Source of the DNA: Myxococcales bacterium
Lineage (GTDB): Bacteria > Myxococcota_A > Polyangia > Polyangiales > Polyangiaceae
Length of the DNA stretch: 64,000 nucleotides
Direction: 5' to 3'
Assembly: GCA_043747615.1 (NCBI GenBank)
Contig: JAYTOU010000057.1
Coordinates: 32,001-96,000 of the forward strand
In this document: in pieces, positions 8,761 through 18,589 of the stretch
How the letters are laid out: every line of letters starts with the position of its first letter
Numbering within the stretch: the first letter of the stretch is position 1
Position numbers and translations under genes: made by a program
Notes under the pieces: model-generated
Told to the model about the DNA's origin: nothing
Database searches by the model: none
The model's input: only the letters and a program-made list of their open reading frames with translations

Positions 8761-10424
8761 CTCCGCCGAAAAACATCCGCGTTGACCATCGGTTTTTTTG
8801 CGCATGCAACTCCGGTGCGTTCGAGGTGCGCCGTCGCCGCAAGCACGCTTGCTTCATCCCACGCGTCGCCCATCAGCTGAAAGCCTATCGGCAACGAATC
8901 GTCGTCAACGCCCACCGGACAGGACGACGCCGGAAGCCCCGTGAGGTTGCCGAGAAACGCAAAGCGGCAAAGGTTTGCCAGGAGACGAGCGTCGAGAAAC
9001 CCGCTGCTCATCTCCGCCTGCGAGGCGCGGGCCGCCGTCTGCGCGGTGGAGGGGAGCGCCATGAGATCCACGTCGCCGAACATCTGAGCGATCTCGCGCC
9101 GTAGTCCCTCGCGCAGGCGCTGCGTCTCGATGTAATCGAGCGCGCCCACGACGCCGAGAGAGCCGAACGCGATTTGGAGATCCGCGCCCATGTCGTCGGC
9201 GTTGCTCTGCCACTCGCGCTTCAGCGCACCGAGCGACTCCGGGCCGATGCTCATGTAGCCGATCGCTGGCGCATACCGCGCCATACGAAGCTTCACCGGG
9301 ACGAGAACGGCGCCGTCGCGCTCGAGCGCCCGAAGGGCCTCACGCCCGGCTTTTTCCACGGATTTCGAAGCGTCACCCCACTCATGCTCGTCGACGGCGA
9401 TGCGCAGCCCCTTCACCCCGCGGCCGAGCGCGCGAAGGAGCGACCCTGGCTCGATGGGGGGCGCGAACGCCGTTTCAGGATCATTGGAATCCGTCGCCCC
9501 GACGTGCTCGAGGACGAGCGCGAGATCGAGCGTGGACGAAGCGAGCGGGCCGAGGTGGGCCACGCTCCCCGAAGAGATATCTCCGGCGCGGCTGATCCTG
9601 CCCCAGGTGGGCTTGATCCCGAAGACGCCGTTCATCGCCGCCGGAATGCGGATGGATCCGCCGCCGTCCGCGCCAATCGCGAAGGGCACGAGACCCGTTG
9701 CCACCGCCACACCGGAGCCTGTCGACGATCCGCCGGCGATGCGGTCCGGGGCGTGCGGATTTTTAGGGAGGGTGCGCTTCGAATTCTGGCCGACCGGCGA
9801 CATCCCGAACTCGGTCATCGGTGTCGTCCCGATCACGATGGCGCCAGCCGCACGCAGACGCGCGATGCACGTGGCGTCTTCAAGGCACGGTGCTGCCGAG
9901 AGGAAGGTCGTCCCCGCCTGTCGCGGAAGATTTTTGACCGAGGTCTGCTCTTTCACGGCGAAGGGAACGCCGTCTAGCGGACCACGTGTGCGCTTCGTTC
10001 TGTACCGCTCGGTCGCCGCTTCGGCCTCGGAGCGCGCGTCGCCGTCGGCGTAACAAAGGATGGGACCGATGCTCGGGGTTCGCGCAGCGAGCGACCGCGC
10101 CTCTTCCAAACACCTAGAAATCACCTCGTTCGGCGTGGTTTCTTCGGACTCGTACGCGGCCACGAAGCGCGCGCTCGTGCCCGACCACGAGCCGTCCCCC
10201 GGTAGCGCGTGACGTGCGTCGTCCGCCTGGCGCGGAGGCCGACCTTGTTTCGCCCGAACATGAAGAGGGACGGTGCCTCGACATTCCTCAGCAAGGCTGG
10301 TCAGCGCGTCGATTTTCAGGTCGGCACGGAGCAGACGATAGAGGCCGCGGCTGCCGGCTTTTGTGCGAGCAGCCTTGGCCAGCGTGCGAAGAAGCGCCCC
10401 AGATATACGCGGCGGAGAGACCAT
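8757..10424 (-). CDS. Amidase-signature family enzyme
   Basis: GPLDGVPFAVKE, GGSSTGS and GADGGGSIRIPA motifs (Lys-Ser-Ser triad). Confidence 0.92.
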   Translation of the reverse strand: MVSPPRISGALLRTLAKAARTKAGSRGLYRLLRADLKIDALTSLAEECRGTVPLHVRAKQGRPPRQADDARHALPGDGSWSGTSARFVAAYESEETTPNEVISRCLEEARSLAARTPSIGPILCYADGDARSEAEAATERYRTKRTRGPLDGVPFAVKEQTSVKNLPRQAGTTFLSAAPCLEDATCIARLRAAGAIVIGTTPMTEFGMSPVGQNSKRTLPKNPHAPDRIAGGSSTGSGVAVATGLVPFAIGADGGGSIRIPAAMNGVFGIKPTWGRISRAGDISSGSVAHLGPLASSTLDLALVLEHVGATDSNDPETAFAPPIEPGSLLRALGRGVKGLRIAVDEHEWGDASKSVEKAGREALRALERDGAVLVPVKLRMARYAPAIGYMSIGPESLGALKREWQSNADDMGADLQIAFGSLGVVGALDYIETQRLREGLRREIAQMFGDVDLMALPSTAQTAARASQAEMSSGFLDARLLANLCRFAFLGNLTGLPASSCPVGVDDDSLPIGFQLMGDAWDEASVLAATAHLERTGVACAKKPMVNADVFRRR

Positions 10425-10600
10425 CCCCCACTGCTACCTCAGTCACCGCGGGGAGGCCACGACGCTACAGAGTGAGCGTACCCGTGCGGATCAAAAGTGG
10501 AGCTCGGCCCACCCGTTTCTCGCCAAGCACGTCTGACCGGAAGAACCCCGATGGCACCTTTCAATTGCTGAAATCCGTAACCCATGGCAATGGCTCTCAC

Positions 10601-10984
10601 GTGTCGAACGCAAGCACCGAGGGGATTCGCGTAACCGTAGAGTCCGCCTATGTCGCCGATCAGTCGGCCCCCCGCACGCAGCGCTACGTATTCGCGTACA
10701 CGGTGCGGATCGCCAATGAGGGTAAAGAAGACGCGCAGCTCCGCAGCCGCCACTGGATCATCACCGACGGCACCGGCAAGGTCGAAGAGGTGCGCGGCCC
10801 CGGCGTCGTCGGGCAGCAGCCATTCCTCCGGCCGGGCGAGCACTTTGAGTACACGAGCGGCTGCGTCCTCCAGACGCCGCGTGGCGAAATGCGCGGCACC
10901 TACCAGATGCACCGAGCGGACGGTCGGGCCTTCGAGGCGGCGATTGCGCCATTCGCGCTGTCGCTTCCGCATTCGCTGAACTAA
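10601..10984 (+). CDS. apaG: ApaG protein
   Basis: YVFAYTVRIAN, QLRSRHWIITD, GPGVVGQQP and FEYTSGC motifs; GTG start gives 127 aa. Confidence 0.93.
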   Translation: MSNASTEGIRVTVESAYVADQSAPRTQRYVFAYTVRIANEGKEDAQLRSRHWIITDGTGKVEEVRGPGVVGQQPFLRPGEHFEYTSGCVLQTPRGEMRGTYQMHRADGRAFEAAIAPFALSLPHSLN

Positions 10985-10995
10985 GCCTCTCCGAC

Positions 10996-11319
10996 ATGGA
11001 CGAACCCGCCTACCAGCAGCTCGCCGACAAATGCTTCAAGCGCGTCGAGCAGGCGTTCGAGAGCATCGACGCGGAAGACGTCGACTGCGAACGCTCGGGG
11101 GACGTGCTCACCCTCACTATGAAGAGCTCGAAGCGCTGTGTCCTCAACACCCAGCGCCCCACCCGCCAGATGTGGCTCGCCGCAAACGCCCGCGCCTGGC
11201 ACTTTTCTTACGACGACGCTGACGCAAGCTGGCGCGACGATAAAAGCCCTAAAAATGAGCTCTTTTCCACGATCGCTCAGATCGTGAAAGAGGGCGCAGG
11301 CGTCGACGTAGCGTTCTAG
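10996..11319 (+). CDS. cyaY: Frataxin-like iron donor CyaY
   Basis: Acidic N-terminal helix, GDVLTL, and VLNTQRPTRQMWLA (frataxin N.Q.P..Q.W motif). Confidence 0.88.
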   Translation: MDEPAYQQLADKCFKRVEQAFESIDAEDVDCERSGDVLTLTMKSSKRCVLNTQRPTRQMWLAANARAWHFSYDDADASWRDDKSPKNELFSTIAQIVKEGAGVDVAF

Positions 11320-14300
11320 CTCGCTGCCCGCGCAGCCCTGTGAAGCCCGGTGCAGATCGCAGTGCGGAGCTCGGCGTAGGTGTCGCTGACCACGAACTTG
11401 GCGATCTCGCTCGTCCACTCGTACGGCGTGAGATCGCCCGGGCCGCGCTCCCCCTGCACCGCGCGGTGAGCGGCTTTCACGGTACCGGCTAGCACGAGCC
11501 CTGCGCGCGACGTCGACATGTCCGCGAGCTGCGACCACCGTTTCACGTCGAGCTTCGACGCCGACGCGAGCGCACCTTGCACGATGCCCCTGAGCTCGTC
11601 GACCTCCGCGGGGCGAGCGGCAGCGAGGAACGCGGCGTCCGATGTCGCGGCAGAACCCTCTGTGACACGGACCACCATGTGGAGCAGCTCTTTCAGCTCC
11701 GAGATCGTCGGGAAAAGAGCGCGTGCCGCGAGCTCGGGCTGAAGCTCTGCGATGTGTTTTCCCACCAGGAACGCCGTCTCGTGGGAGGAGAGGCCGGTCA
11801 CGAGATCCATCGAGACGAAGAGGGAGGGAGCGACGGCGAGCGCGGGCGCCATCGGGACGTTGAGCGGCGCATTGACGCCCCCACGCGCGTAGAGCGCGGG
11901 CGCGGTCACTCCGAGAATTTCGGCTCCATCGAGGAAAGCGCGGAGCACGTGGTACGAGCGATCGCTCTGGTCGTCGCCGACCTGAGGACCGAGCCACTTT
12001 GCGTGAGCCTTCGGGGACAGGCCGGCGAGCTTCGCGCGCACCACGATGGGCGCCGCCAGGCTGAAGATCGCAGTGAGCACCGGGTCGAGCTCGGGATGGA
12101 GAATGTGGGTATCCCAGGCCCCCGCGCTCAGCGTCCCCGGTACTTCCTCGAGACGCGTCGCAGGGTAGCTCGCGTAGAAGGTCGCTTGCTCGTCGCTCAG
12201 GTGCCGGGCATCGAGGTGTGCGAGAAGGTCGACGGCGCACCACGCGCGATCGAAGGCGCCCTGCCGGAGGAAGAGCGCATAGAGCTCTCGGTAAGGCGCG
12301 AGATCGTGGGGATCTCGGTCGACGCTGACCCGGGTGAGATCGACGGCCGTCGGCAAGTCACCGGTGAGCACCAGGAGCTCGGTGATGATCTTCCGATTTT
12401 CTTCGTCGTCGGGCTTGAAGCTTTGGGCCGCGCGAAAAGACGCGAGTGCGTTGCGCGCATCACCCAGGCGATCGCGGTAAACGAGACCGAGCTGATGACA
12501 GATGGCGTGCTTTAGGTCTACGTCCTCTTCGACGCTGCGATCGTTGTCGGCCGCGAGGCGTTTCAACATCGCGCGGTATGCCCCCTCGAGAGCAGGCCAA
12601 TCTCTGCGCTCGGTGTGGATGCGCACGATGCGCTCGAAGGCATCGAGACGCGTGGCGTCGAGCTCGAGCGTCTCTTCGAACAGCTGCGCCGCCCACGCGA
12701 CGTTGCTGAGTTTGTCGCGAACGAGCTGGGCCAGCGCATAAACGGCCTTGGCCTTCTTTTCTTGGGCATCTTCGAGATCGGCGATGGCGCGCAGCGTGCG
12801 AGCGAGGTCCGCCCAGCTCTGAAGTTTTTCGTAGAGCGCGAGGAGTGTGTAAAGGACGCGGTGATCGCCGGGACGAATCCGTAGCGCTTCTTCGTAGGCG
12901 TGCGTGGCGGGCTCGAGATCATGCGCGCGCTGAGCCCAGAGGTCTCCTGCTTCGACCAGCAGGGAGAACTGTTCCCCGTCGTCACGGCTGCCGAGGGCTT
13001 GTTTCTCTTTGTGGTTTGCGGCGAGCTCGAACATGCCTCGAGCGGCGAAGGCCTCGGCCAGCCGAGCATGCGCCTGCGGTTGGTAGGCATCGAGCACCAG
13101 GGCCTTACGAAAGAGCTCGAGCGAGCGGCCTTCGTCGCCCAAGGCGGCTGCGATCTCGCCCAGCATCACGAGGGAGTGAGCGCCGAGCCCCGTGGCATCG
13201 TCGAGCAGGGCCTCGAGCTCCTGGGTCGCGCGCGCGAGGATCTTTGGCGTGGCGAGCAGCCGATGCGCGGACGCAATGACCTCTTGTCGAACGCGCGTCG
13301 CTTTCGGCATCAGGTCGTAGGCTGCGACGGCGGCGAGCAGGGCGCGCGGAGGATCCGACTCGGCCATCGCGATCTTCCCTGCGAGGGCGAGGAGCTCGCA
13401 AGCCCGCTCGATCTCGCGGTCGCGCGTCGCTGCATGGACGAGGAGCTCACACGCTGACGAAGCCTCGCGCCAGCGTTCGGTGCGCACGTACACGTCGAGG
13501 AGCGCGCCCGCTGCGACTTCGTTCGTCGGGTCGGCCAGAACGGCTTGTTCGTATGCTTCGTACGCGCCGCGCTCGTCCCCGAGCTCCTCGAGAAGGAACA
13601 TCGCCAAGTCAACGTAGAGCAGTGCTTTTAAGCGCCCCGATTCCGTGTAGCTTGCACGCATCTGCAAGCACTCACCGACCCGGGTGACCTCCCCCGCACG
13701 CTCGGCGTGGTGCTGGATGGCTTGCCATGCGGAAAGGAGCGTCGGGTCGAGATCGACCGCGTGCTCGAAATGGAGCCGCGCCGTAGTTGGATCGCGATCG
13801 TCGATGGCCAGCATCTCGCCGATCGCCGCGTGGATCTGGGCCCGCTTGACCGGATCCCGGGTCTGCTCGGCGAGCTCGGCACGGAACGCCGCCGCCGCCG
13901 GGAAATCGCCCGTCTTTTCGCTCAGTCGCGCGAGCTCGTAAAGCGCACGCTTGTTCTTTTCGTGGGCCCCGCTCGCCGCGAGCAGCGCCGCTACTGCCGC
14001 CCCGACGTCGCCCCTCATCTGCTCCTGGATTTCGGCGACCTGGAGGAAAATCCGCGCGCGCGTCTCTCCCGCTTCGGTGATGCTGGCCCGCTGCTCGAGG
14101 GCGCGCACGAGCTCGTTCCAGGCACGCATCGCCCGGTAGCAGCGCTCGACGCCGTCACGCGCTTCGTTCCTCGTGGGATCGAGCGCGAGGATCTGCTCGA
14201 ATTTCTGTGCCGCCATCTGGGGCTTGAGGAAGCGTTCCTCGTAGATCGCCGCGATGCGCAGGAGCGACGTCGTGCGCTCGTCATCGTCTGCTGCAACTTC

Positions 14301-15170
14301 GACCTGCCGCTTGAGGACCTCGATGAGATCGGTGTATTTTTCCTGGGCGCCGTAGATCCGTTCGAGCCCTTGAAGCGCCGTGAAGGCATTCGGGGGATCG
14401 GCCGCGACCGCCGTCTTGTAGCGCTCTTCCGCGCGATCGAGCCGCGCCATTCCCTCGAAGAGGTAGCCGAGCGCGAACGCCGTCGTGCACTTGGCTTCGT
14501 TCGTCTCGGCGCGAAGGAGGGCGCGCTCGAGCTCGTCGCGTTGCCCCTCCCAATCATTTTGCTGACGGTAGACGCTCGCCATCCGGCGATGCACGGCGGG
14601 GTGCGTGGGATCGATCTCTCGAATTTTCGCGAGGTACGCATCTGCAAGGTGGGGCGCCGCGAGCTCGTCGCGGTACCAGGCGGAAAGGTGGCTCGCCAGG
14701 CCGAGCACGCGCGCCGGTTCCGTCTCGGCGGCGAGGAGGGTCTTTGCCGTCTCCACCAGCTCGGGCCAGCGGAGCAGCTTTCGGGCAAGGGCACGGAGGG
14801 GCGTGTAGATCGCCGGGTCGAGAGGATCGGCGGTGAAGGCTTCGACCAGCGCATCGAACGCTTGGTCCTCGTCATCGAGCCTGTCGGAAAAGACGTTGGC
14901 CACGAGATGAAAGAGGCGGGCCCGCTCCTTGGGGTCACCCGCGGCGCTTTCGATCTCGTGCACGTAGAGCTCAATCAAGTCTTCCCAGCGCCCCTCGGCG
15001 GTAAGCCGAGCTTCCGTCGCCGAGGCCCCCGTGGACCGCGCGCGCTTCTCCGAAAATGGCGGAATTTTCCCAGCAGTCGCTGGGTAAACGGCTCCCCACA
15101 TGGTGTCCCTGCGATCCTCGGGGGTCACCACGTCCACCTCTATTTCCAGCGCCTCGTCGGGTCTTGACAT
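11316..15170 (-). CDS. Giant TPR-repeat protein (myxobacterial type)
   Basis: 1284 aa of TPR-like helical repeats (…ALDP…A…LER.Y….W..L); globular C-terminal region ending …RAGLVLAG…YAELR. Confidence 0.8.
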   Translation of the reverse strand: MSRPDEALEIEVDVVTPEDRRDTMWGAVYPATAGKIPPFSEKRARSTGASATEARLTAEGRWEDLIELYVHEIESAAGDPKERARLFHLVANVFSDRLDDEDQAFDALVEAFTADPLDPAIYTPLRALARKLLRWPELVETAKTLLAAETEPARVLGLASHLSAWYRDELAAPHLADAYLAKIREIDPTHPAVHRRMASVYRQQNDWEGQRDELERALLRAETNEAKCTTAFALGYLFEGMARLDRAEERYKTAVAADPPNAFTALQGLERIYGAQEKYTDLIEVLKRQVEVAADDDERTTSLLRIAAIYEERFLKPQMAAQKFEQILALDPTRNEARDGVERCYRAMRAWNELVRALEQRASITEAGETRARIFLQVAEIQEQMRGDVGAAVAALLAASGAHEKNKRALYELARLSEKTGDFPAAAAFRAELAEQTRDPVKRAQIHAAIGEMLAIDDRDPTTARLHFEHAVDLDPTLLSAWQAIQHHAERAGEVTRVGECLQMRASYTESGRLKALLYVDLAMFLLEELGDERGAYEAYEQAVLADPTNEVAAGALLDVYVRTERWREASSACELLVHAATRDREIERACELLALAGKIAMAESDPPRALLAAVAAYDLMPKATRVRQEVIASAHRLLATPKILARATQELEALLDDATGLGAHSLVMLGEIAAALGDEGRSLELFRKALVLDAYQPQAHARLAEAFAARGMFELAANHKEKQALGSRDDGEQFSLLVEAGDLWAQRAHDLEPATHAYEEALRIRPGDHRVLYTLLALYEKLQSWADLARTLRAIADLEDAQEKKAKAVYALAQLVRDKLSNVAWAAQLFEETLELDATRLDAFERIVRIHTERRDWPALEGAYRAMLKRLAADNDRSVEEDVDLKHAICHQLGLVYRDRLGDARNALASFRAAQSFKPDDEENRKIITELLVLTGDLPTAVDLTRVSVDRDPHDLAPYRELYALFLRQGAFDRAWCAVDLLAHLDARHLSDEQATFYASYPATRLEEVPGTLSAGAWDTHILHPELDPVLTAIFSLAAPIVVRAKLAGLSPKAHAKWLGPQVGDDQSDRSYHVLRAFLDGAEILGVTAPALYARGGVNAPLNVPMAPALAVAPSLFVSMDLVTGLSSHETAFLVGKHIAELQPELAARALFPTISELKELLHMVVRVTEGSAATSDAAFLAAARPAEVDELRGIVQGALASASKLDVKRWSQLADMSTSRAGLVLAGTVKAAHRAVQGERGPGDLTPYEWTSEIAKFVVSDTYAELRTAICTGLHRAARAAS

Positions 15171-15270
15171 CCTTCAACCGAACAACGTGTGCGAGAGTCA
15201 GGCCAACGATCTGCGTTCCGCGACCGGACGGACCGAAGGACCAACCAAGCAGAACTGGAAAAGAAGACGG

Positions 15271-15368
15271 TTGACGGGCTGTTACCGAAGACTAACGTTA
15301 GGTGTAGGGTTTCGAGTGACCGAAGGCGCGGGAGGTGCTTTATGAACCCGATCCTTTACGTAAGGTGT
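15271..15368 (+). promoter_or_regulatory. Candidate merR-isc promoter with two ACGT-centred palindromic operator-like sites
   Basis: TTGACG (15271) N16 TAACGT; perfect palindrome CTAACGTTAG at 15292-15301; related TTACGTAA(GGTGT) at 15356. Confidence 0.5.
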
Positions 15369-15380
15369 CGAAGACTCTAA
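15342..15380 (+). CDS. Putative 12-aa leader peptide MNPILYVRCRRL
   Basis: GGAGGT SD at 15331-15336, 5 nt before the ATG; TAA lies 16 nt before the merR ATG. Confidence 0.35.
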   Translation: MNPILYVRCRRL

Positions 15381-15396
15381 AGGAACCTTCTCTGTC

Positions 15397-15924
15397 ATGA
15401 GCGTCCGCCTACCTCTTCTCGTTGAGCCCCCCGCTTCCGTACCGGATGTGGCAGACGACAGCCTGATGCAGGTTGGAGATCTCGCGCGCGAGACGGGGAA
15501 AACGATCCGGGCGATTCACCTCTATGAAGAGCTCGACCTCGTTACGCCCGCGGGTCGCTCGAAAGGGCGCTACCGCCTCTACGGTCCCGAGGCCCTCGTG
15601 CGCATCCGGTGGATCGGAAAGCTCCAAGACATGGGCTTCAGCCTCACGGACATCCAGACCGTGGTGAAGGACTGGGCGCAATCGGCCTCTGCACCGCACG
15701 CGATGGTAAAGATGAAAGAGGTCTACAAGAAGAAGCTCGCCGAGACGCAGGAGCACCTTCGCCGGCTCGCAGCTCTCGAGCGCGAGATCGCGGCGAGCCT
15801 CGTGTACCTCGACACCTGCGAGGTCTGCGATCCCGATCGCCTCCTCTCCGCGTGCAACGCGTGCGATCTGCATGCATGCACCGACCACGTCCCCGAGCTC
15901 GTCGCCGGGTTCCGCGCGAATTAG
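15397..15924 (+). CDS. MerR-family transcriptional regulator with a Cys-rich C-terminus
   Basis: MerR HTH (VGDLARETGKTIRAIHLYEE…GRYRLY…LQDMGFSLTDI), coiled coil, then CEVC-x8-CNAC-x4-C. Confidence 0.88.
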   Translation: MSVRLPLLVEPPASVPDVADDSLMQVGDLARETGKTIRAIHLYEELDLVTPAGRSKGRYRLYGPEALVRIRWIGKLQDMGFSLTDIQTVVKDWAQSASAPHAMVKMKEVYKKKLAETQEHLRRLAALEREIAASLVYLDTCEVCDPDRLLSACNACDLHACTDHVPELVAGFRAN

Positions 15925-15987
15925 TCGCGCTCTGTCTCTGGTTCTCGCTCACGTTCTCGCCGCAGATTTTTGAAACAGGAAATTAGA

Positions 15988-17211
15988 ATGACCATCCAGC
16001 TCCCGATTTTCATGGACTACCACTCGACGACGCCGGTCGATCCGCGCGTCCTCGCCGAGATGATCCCCTACTTCACGGAGAAGTTCGGGAATGCGTCGAG
16101 CCGCAACCATGCCTTTGGCTGGGGCGCCGAAGAGGCCGTCGAATACTCCCGCGAGCGCATCGCCAAGCTCATCGGCGCGTCGAGCGAGAAGGAGCTCGTC
16201 TTCACCTCGGGCGCGACGGAATCGAACAACCTCGCCATCAAGGGCGTGGCCGATTACTACCGCGACAAAGGCGACCACATCATCACGTGTGTCACGGAGC
16301 ACAAAGCCGTCCTCGACACGTGCAAACGCCTCGAAAAAGAGGGGTTTCGCGTCACCTACCTGCCCGTCGCCAAAGACGGCCGCGTCGATCCCGACGATGT
16401 AAAAAAAGCGATCACTGACAAGACGATCCTCGTATCGATCATGCTCGCCAACAACGAGATTGGCTCCGTCCACCCGCTCTACGAGATCGGGCAGATTACC
16501 CGCGAGCGCGGCGTGCTCTTCCACTCCGATGCGGTGCAGGGCGCCGGCAAAATTCCCTTCGACGTCCAGAAGATGAACCTCGATCTCGTGAGTCTCACGG
16601 CCCACAAGATGTATGGCCCTAAGGGTGTCGGGGCGCTGTGGATCCGTCGCTCCAAACCGCGCGTTCGTCTCGTCGCCCAAATGGATGGCGGAGGCCACGA
16701 GCGCGGGAATCGCTCGGGCACCCTCAATGTTCCCGCGATCGTCGGGTTCGGCAAAGCCGCGGAGATCATGACGCTCGAAGGCCTTGAAGAATCGGCCGGG
16801 ATTCTCCGCCTGCGCGAGCGTCTCCGCACCAAGCTCCAGAACGCCCTCGACGAGACGTACATCAACGGCTCGATGGAGCATCGCCTGCCCGGAAACCTCA
16901 ACATCTCGTTCGCGTTCGTAGAAGGCGAAGCCATGATGATGGCCATCAAGGACGTGGCGGTGAGCTCCGGCTCGGCGTGCACCTCGGCCAGCCTCGAGCC
17001 GAGCTACGTGCTTCGCGCCCTCGGCGTGGGGGACGAGCTCGCCCACTCGAGCATTCGCTTCGGACTCGGCCGCTTCAACACCGAGGAAGAGGTCGACTAC
17101 GTCGCGGATCTGGTGATTGGCAAAGTGAACAAGCTTCGCGAAATGTCCCCCCTCTACGAGATGCACAAAGAGGGAATCGACTTGAAGACCGTCCAGTGGG
17201 CGGCCCACTGA
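15988..17211 (+). CDS. iscS: Cysteine desulfurase IscS
   Basis: [20 protein letters not shown] (PLP Lys), SSGSACTS (group I), C-terminal W.AH. Confidence 0.97.
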   Translation: MTIQLPIFMDYHSTTPVDPRVLAEMIPYFTEKFGNASSRNHAFGWGAEEAVEYSRERIAKLIGASSEKELVFTSGATESNNLAIKGVADYYRDKGDHIITCVTEHKAVLDTCKRLEKEGFRVTYLPVAKDGRVDPDDVKKAITDKTILVSIMLANNEIGSVHPLYEIGQITRERGVLFHSDAVQGAGKIPFDVQKMNLDLVSLTAHKMYGPKGVGALWIRRSKPRVRLVAQMDGGGHERGNRSGTLNVPAIVGFGKAAEIMTLEGLEESAGILRLRERLRTKLQNALDETYINGSMEHRLPGNLNISFAFVEGEAMMMAIKDVAVSSGSACTSASLEPSYVLRALGVGDELAHSSIRFGLGRFNTEEEVDYVADLVIGKVNKLREMSPLYEMHKEGIDLKTVQWAAH

Positions 17212-17238
17212 TCATTTCCTGAAAAAGAGGACGACCCC

Positions 17239-17652
17239 ATGGCCTACAGCGAAAAAGTCATCGACCACGCAGAAAACCCCCGCAACGTGGGAACCCTCGA
17301 CAAGAACGATCCGAACGTCGGAACCGGTCTTGTCGGCGCGCCTGCATGCGGAGACGTGATGCGACTCCAGATCCGTGTCTCCGACGACGGCGTGATCGAG
17401 GATGCAAAATTCAAGACCTTCGGCTGCGGTTCGGCCATCGCGTCTTCGTCCCTGGCGACCGAGTGGCTCAAGGGCAAATCGGTGACCGACGCCGAGAAGA
17501 TCAAGAACGTCGACATCGTCAACGAGCTGAACCTTCCGCCCGTCAAGATTCACTGCTCGGTGCTCGCCGAAGACGCGATCAAGAGCGCCATCGATGATTA
17601 CCGAAAGAAGCAAGAGGCGCGTCGCATCGCGCTCGCCGCCAACGAAAGCTGA
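17239..17652 (+). CDS. iscU: Fe-S cluster scaffold IscU
   Basis: MAYSEKVIDH, APACGD, FGCGSAIA and LPPVKIHC motifs. Confidence 0.97.
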   Translation: MAYSEKVIDHAENPRNVGTLDKNDPNVGTGLVGAPACGDVMRLQIRVSDDGVIEDAKFKTFGCGSAIASSSLATEWLKGKSVTDAEKIKNVDIVNELNLPPVKIHCSVLAEDAIKSAIDDYRKKQEARRIALAANES

Positions 17653-17653
17653 G

Positions 17654-18055
17654 ATGGAGACCGAAACCACAAGGACGACCGAACAGAGCTCGTCAGGCGA
17701 ATCGCCTGCACCGGTCTCGCTTCATCCAGGCATCGAGGTTTCGCCCGCGGCGGTCGAGGCCATCCGCAAGCAGCTCGCCAAGCGAGGCACGCCCAGCGCA
17801 TCCCTTCGCCTGGGGATCCGCGGCGGGGGCTGTTCGGGCTTCACCTACGTGATCGAATTTCACGACGGTCCGCCGCGCCCTAAGGACCGCGTCTTCACGT
17901 ACGGGGATGTCAACGTCGTCGTCGATCCCAAGAGCCTCGTCTACCTCAGCGGCACGGTGCTCGACTGGGAGCACACGCTCATGAAGCAGGGTTTCAAGTT
18001 CGTGAACCCGCACGAAAAGACGAGCTGCGGCTGCGGTCACAGCTTTACGGTTTAG
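17654..18055 (+). CDS. iscA: A-type Fe-S carrier IscA
   Basis: GGGCSGFTY and CGCGHSF motifs; position in the operon. Confidence 0.93.
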   Translation: METETTRTTEQSSSGESPAPVSLHPGIEVSPAAVEAIRKQLAKRGTPSASLRLGIRGGGCSGFTYVIEFHDGPPRPKDRVFTYGDVNVVVDPKSLVYLSGTVLDWEHTLMKQGFKFVNPHEKTSCGCGHSFTV

Positions 18056-18589
18056 GTGGATCCCTTCGCTACCCTTGGTGTTCCGCGCAGATTCGACCTC
18101 GATCTGAAAGCGGTCGAGAAGACGCATCGCGATTTGTCGCGCGCGCTTCACCCCGACAAATACATTGGAGCGGGGGCGAGTGAGCGCAAGGAGTCGCTCT
18201 CCAAAGCCGTGGAAGTGAATGAAGCGTGGCGCGCCGTGCGCGATCCGGTGACGCGCGCCGAGGCGCTCTTTTCCCTCGCGGGGATCCCTGTGGGGGAGAC
18301 GAACGAGCCCAAGGCGTCGAGCGCGTTTCTCATGGACATGATGGACCAGCGGGAAGCCCTCGCCGCAGCGAAAGAGAGCAAGGACGAGGCTGCGGTGAGC
18401 CGACTTGCTGCCGAGATCGAACGACGCAAGGAGGGCGTAGAACAGTCCCTCGCCGAAGGGTTTTCCACGGCCGGTGGCGATCGAGAAAAGCTCGCGTCGG
18501 TCGTCACGAAGCTCGGAGAGCTTCGATTTTACAAGCGCTTCCTCGAAGAGGTGAGCGCCATCGAGGAAGAGAGTCTCGATGCTTTTTGA
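18056..18589 (+). CDS. hscB: Fe-S co-chaperone HscB
   Basis: J-domain HPD motif and [10 protein letters not shown]; located between iscA and hscA. Confidence 0.93.
   Translation: MDPFATLGVPRRFDLDLKAVEKTHRDLSRALHPDKYIGAGASERKESLSKAVEVNEAWRAVRDPVTRAEALFSLAGIPVGETNEPKASSAFLMDMMDQREALAAAKESKDEAAVSRLAAEIERRKEGVEQSLAEGFSTAGGDREKLASVVTKLGELRFYKRFLEEVSAIEEESLDAF

Noticed and set aside
10552..10568. sigma54-like TGGCAC…TTGC upstream of apaG
   Set aside because: The GG-to-GC spacing is 12 nt rather than the required 10.
15189..15390. Glycine-riboswitch-like words (GCGAGAG, CTGGAAAAG, three ACCGAAG) upstream of merR-isc
   Set aside because: The CUCUCAGG elements and P1 pairings are missing and the downstream genes do not fit. 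An Rfam RF00504 cmsearch would settle it.
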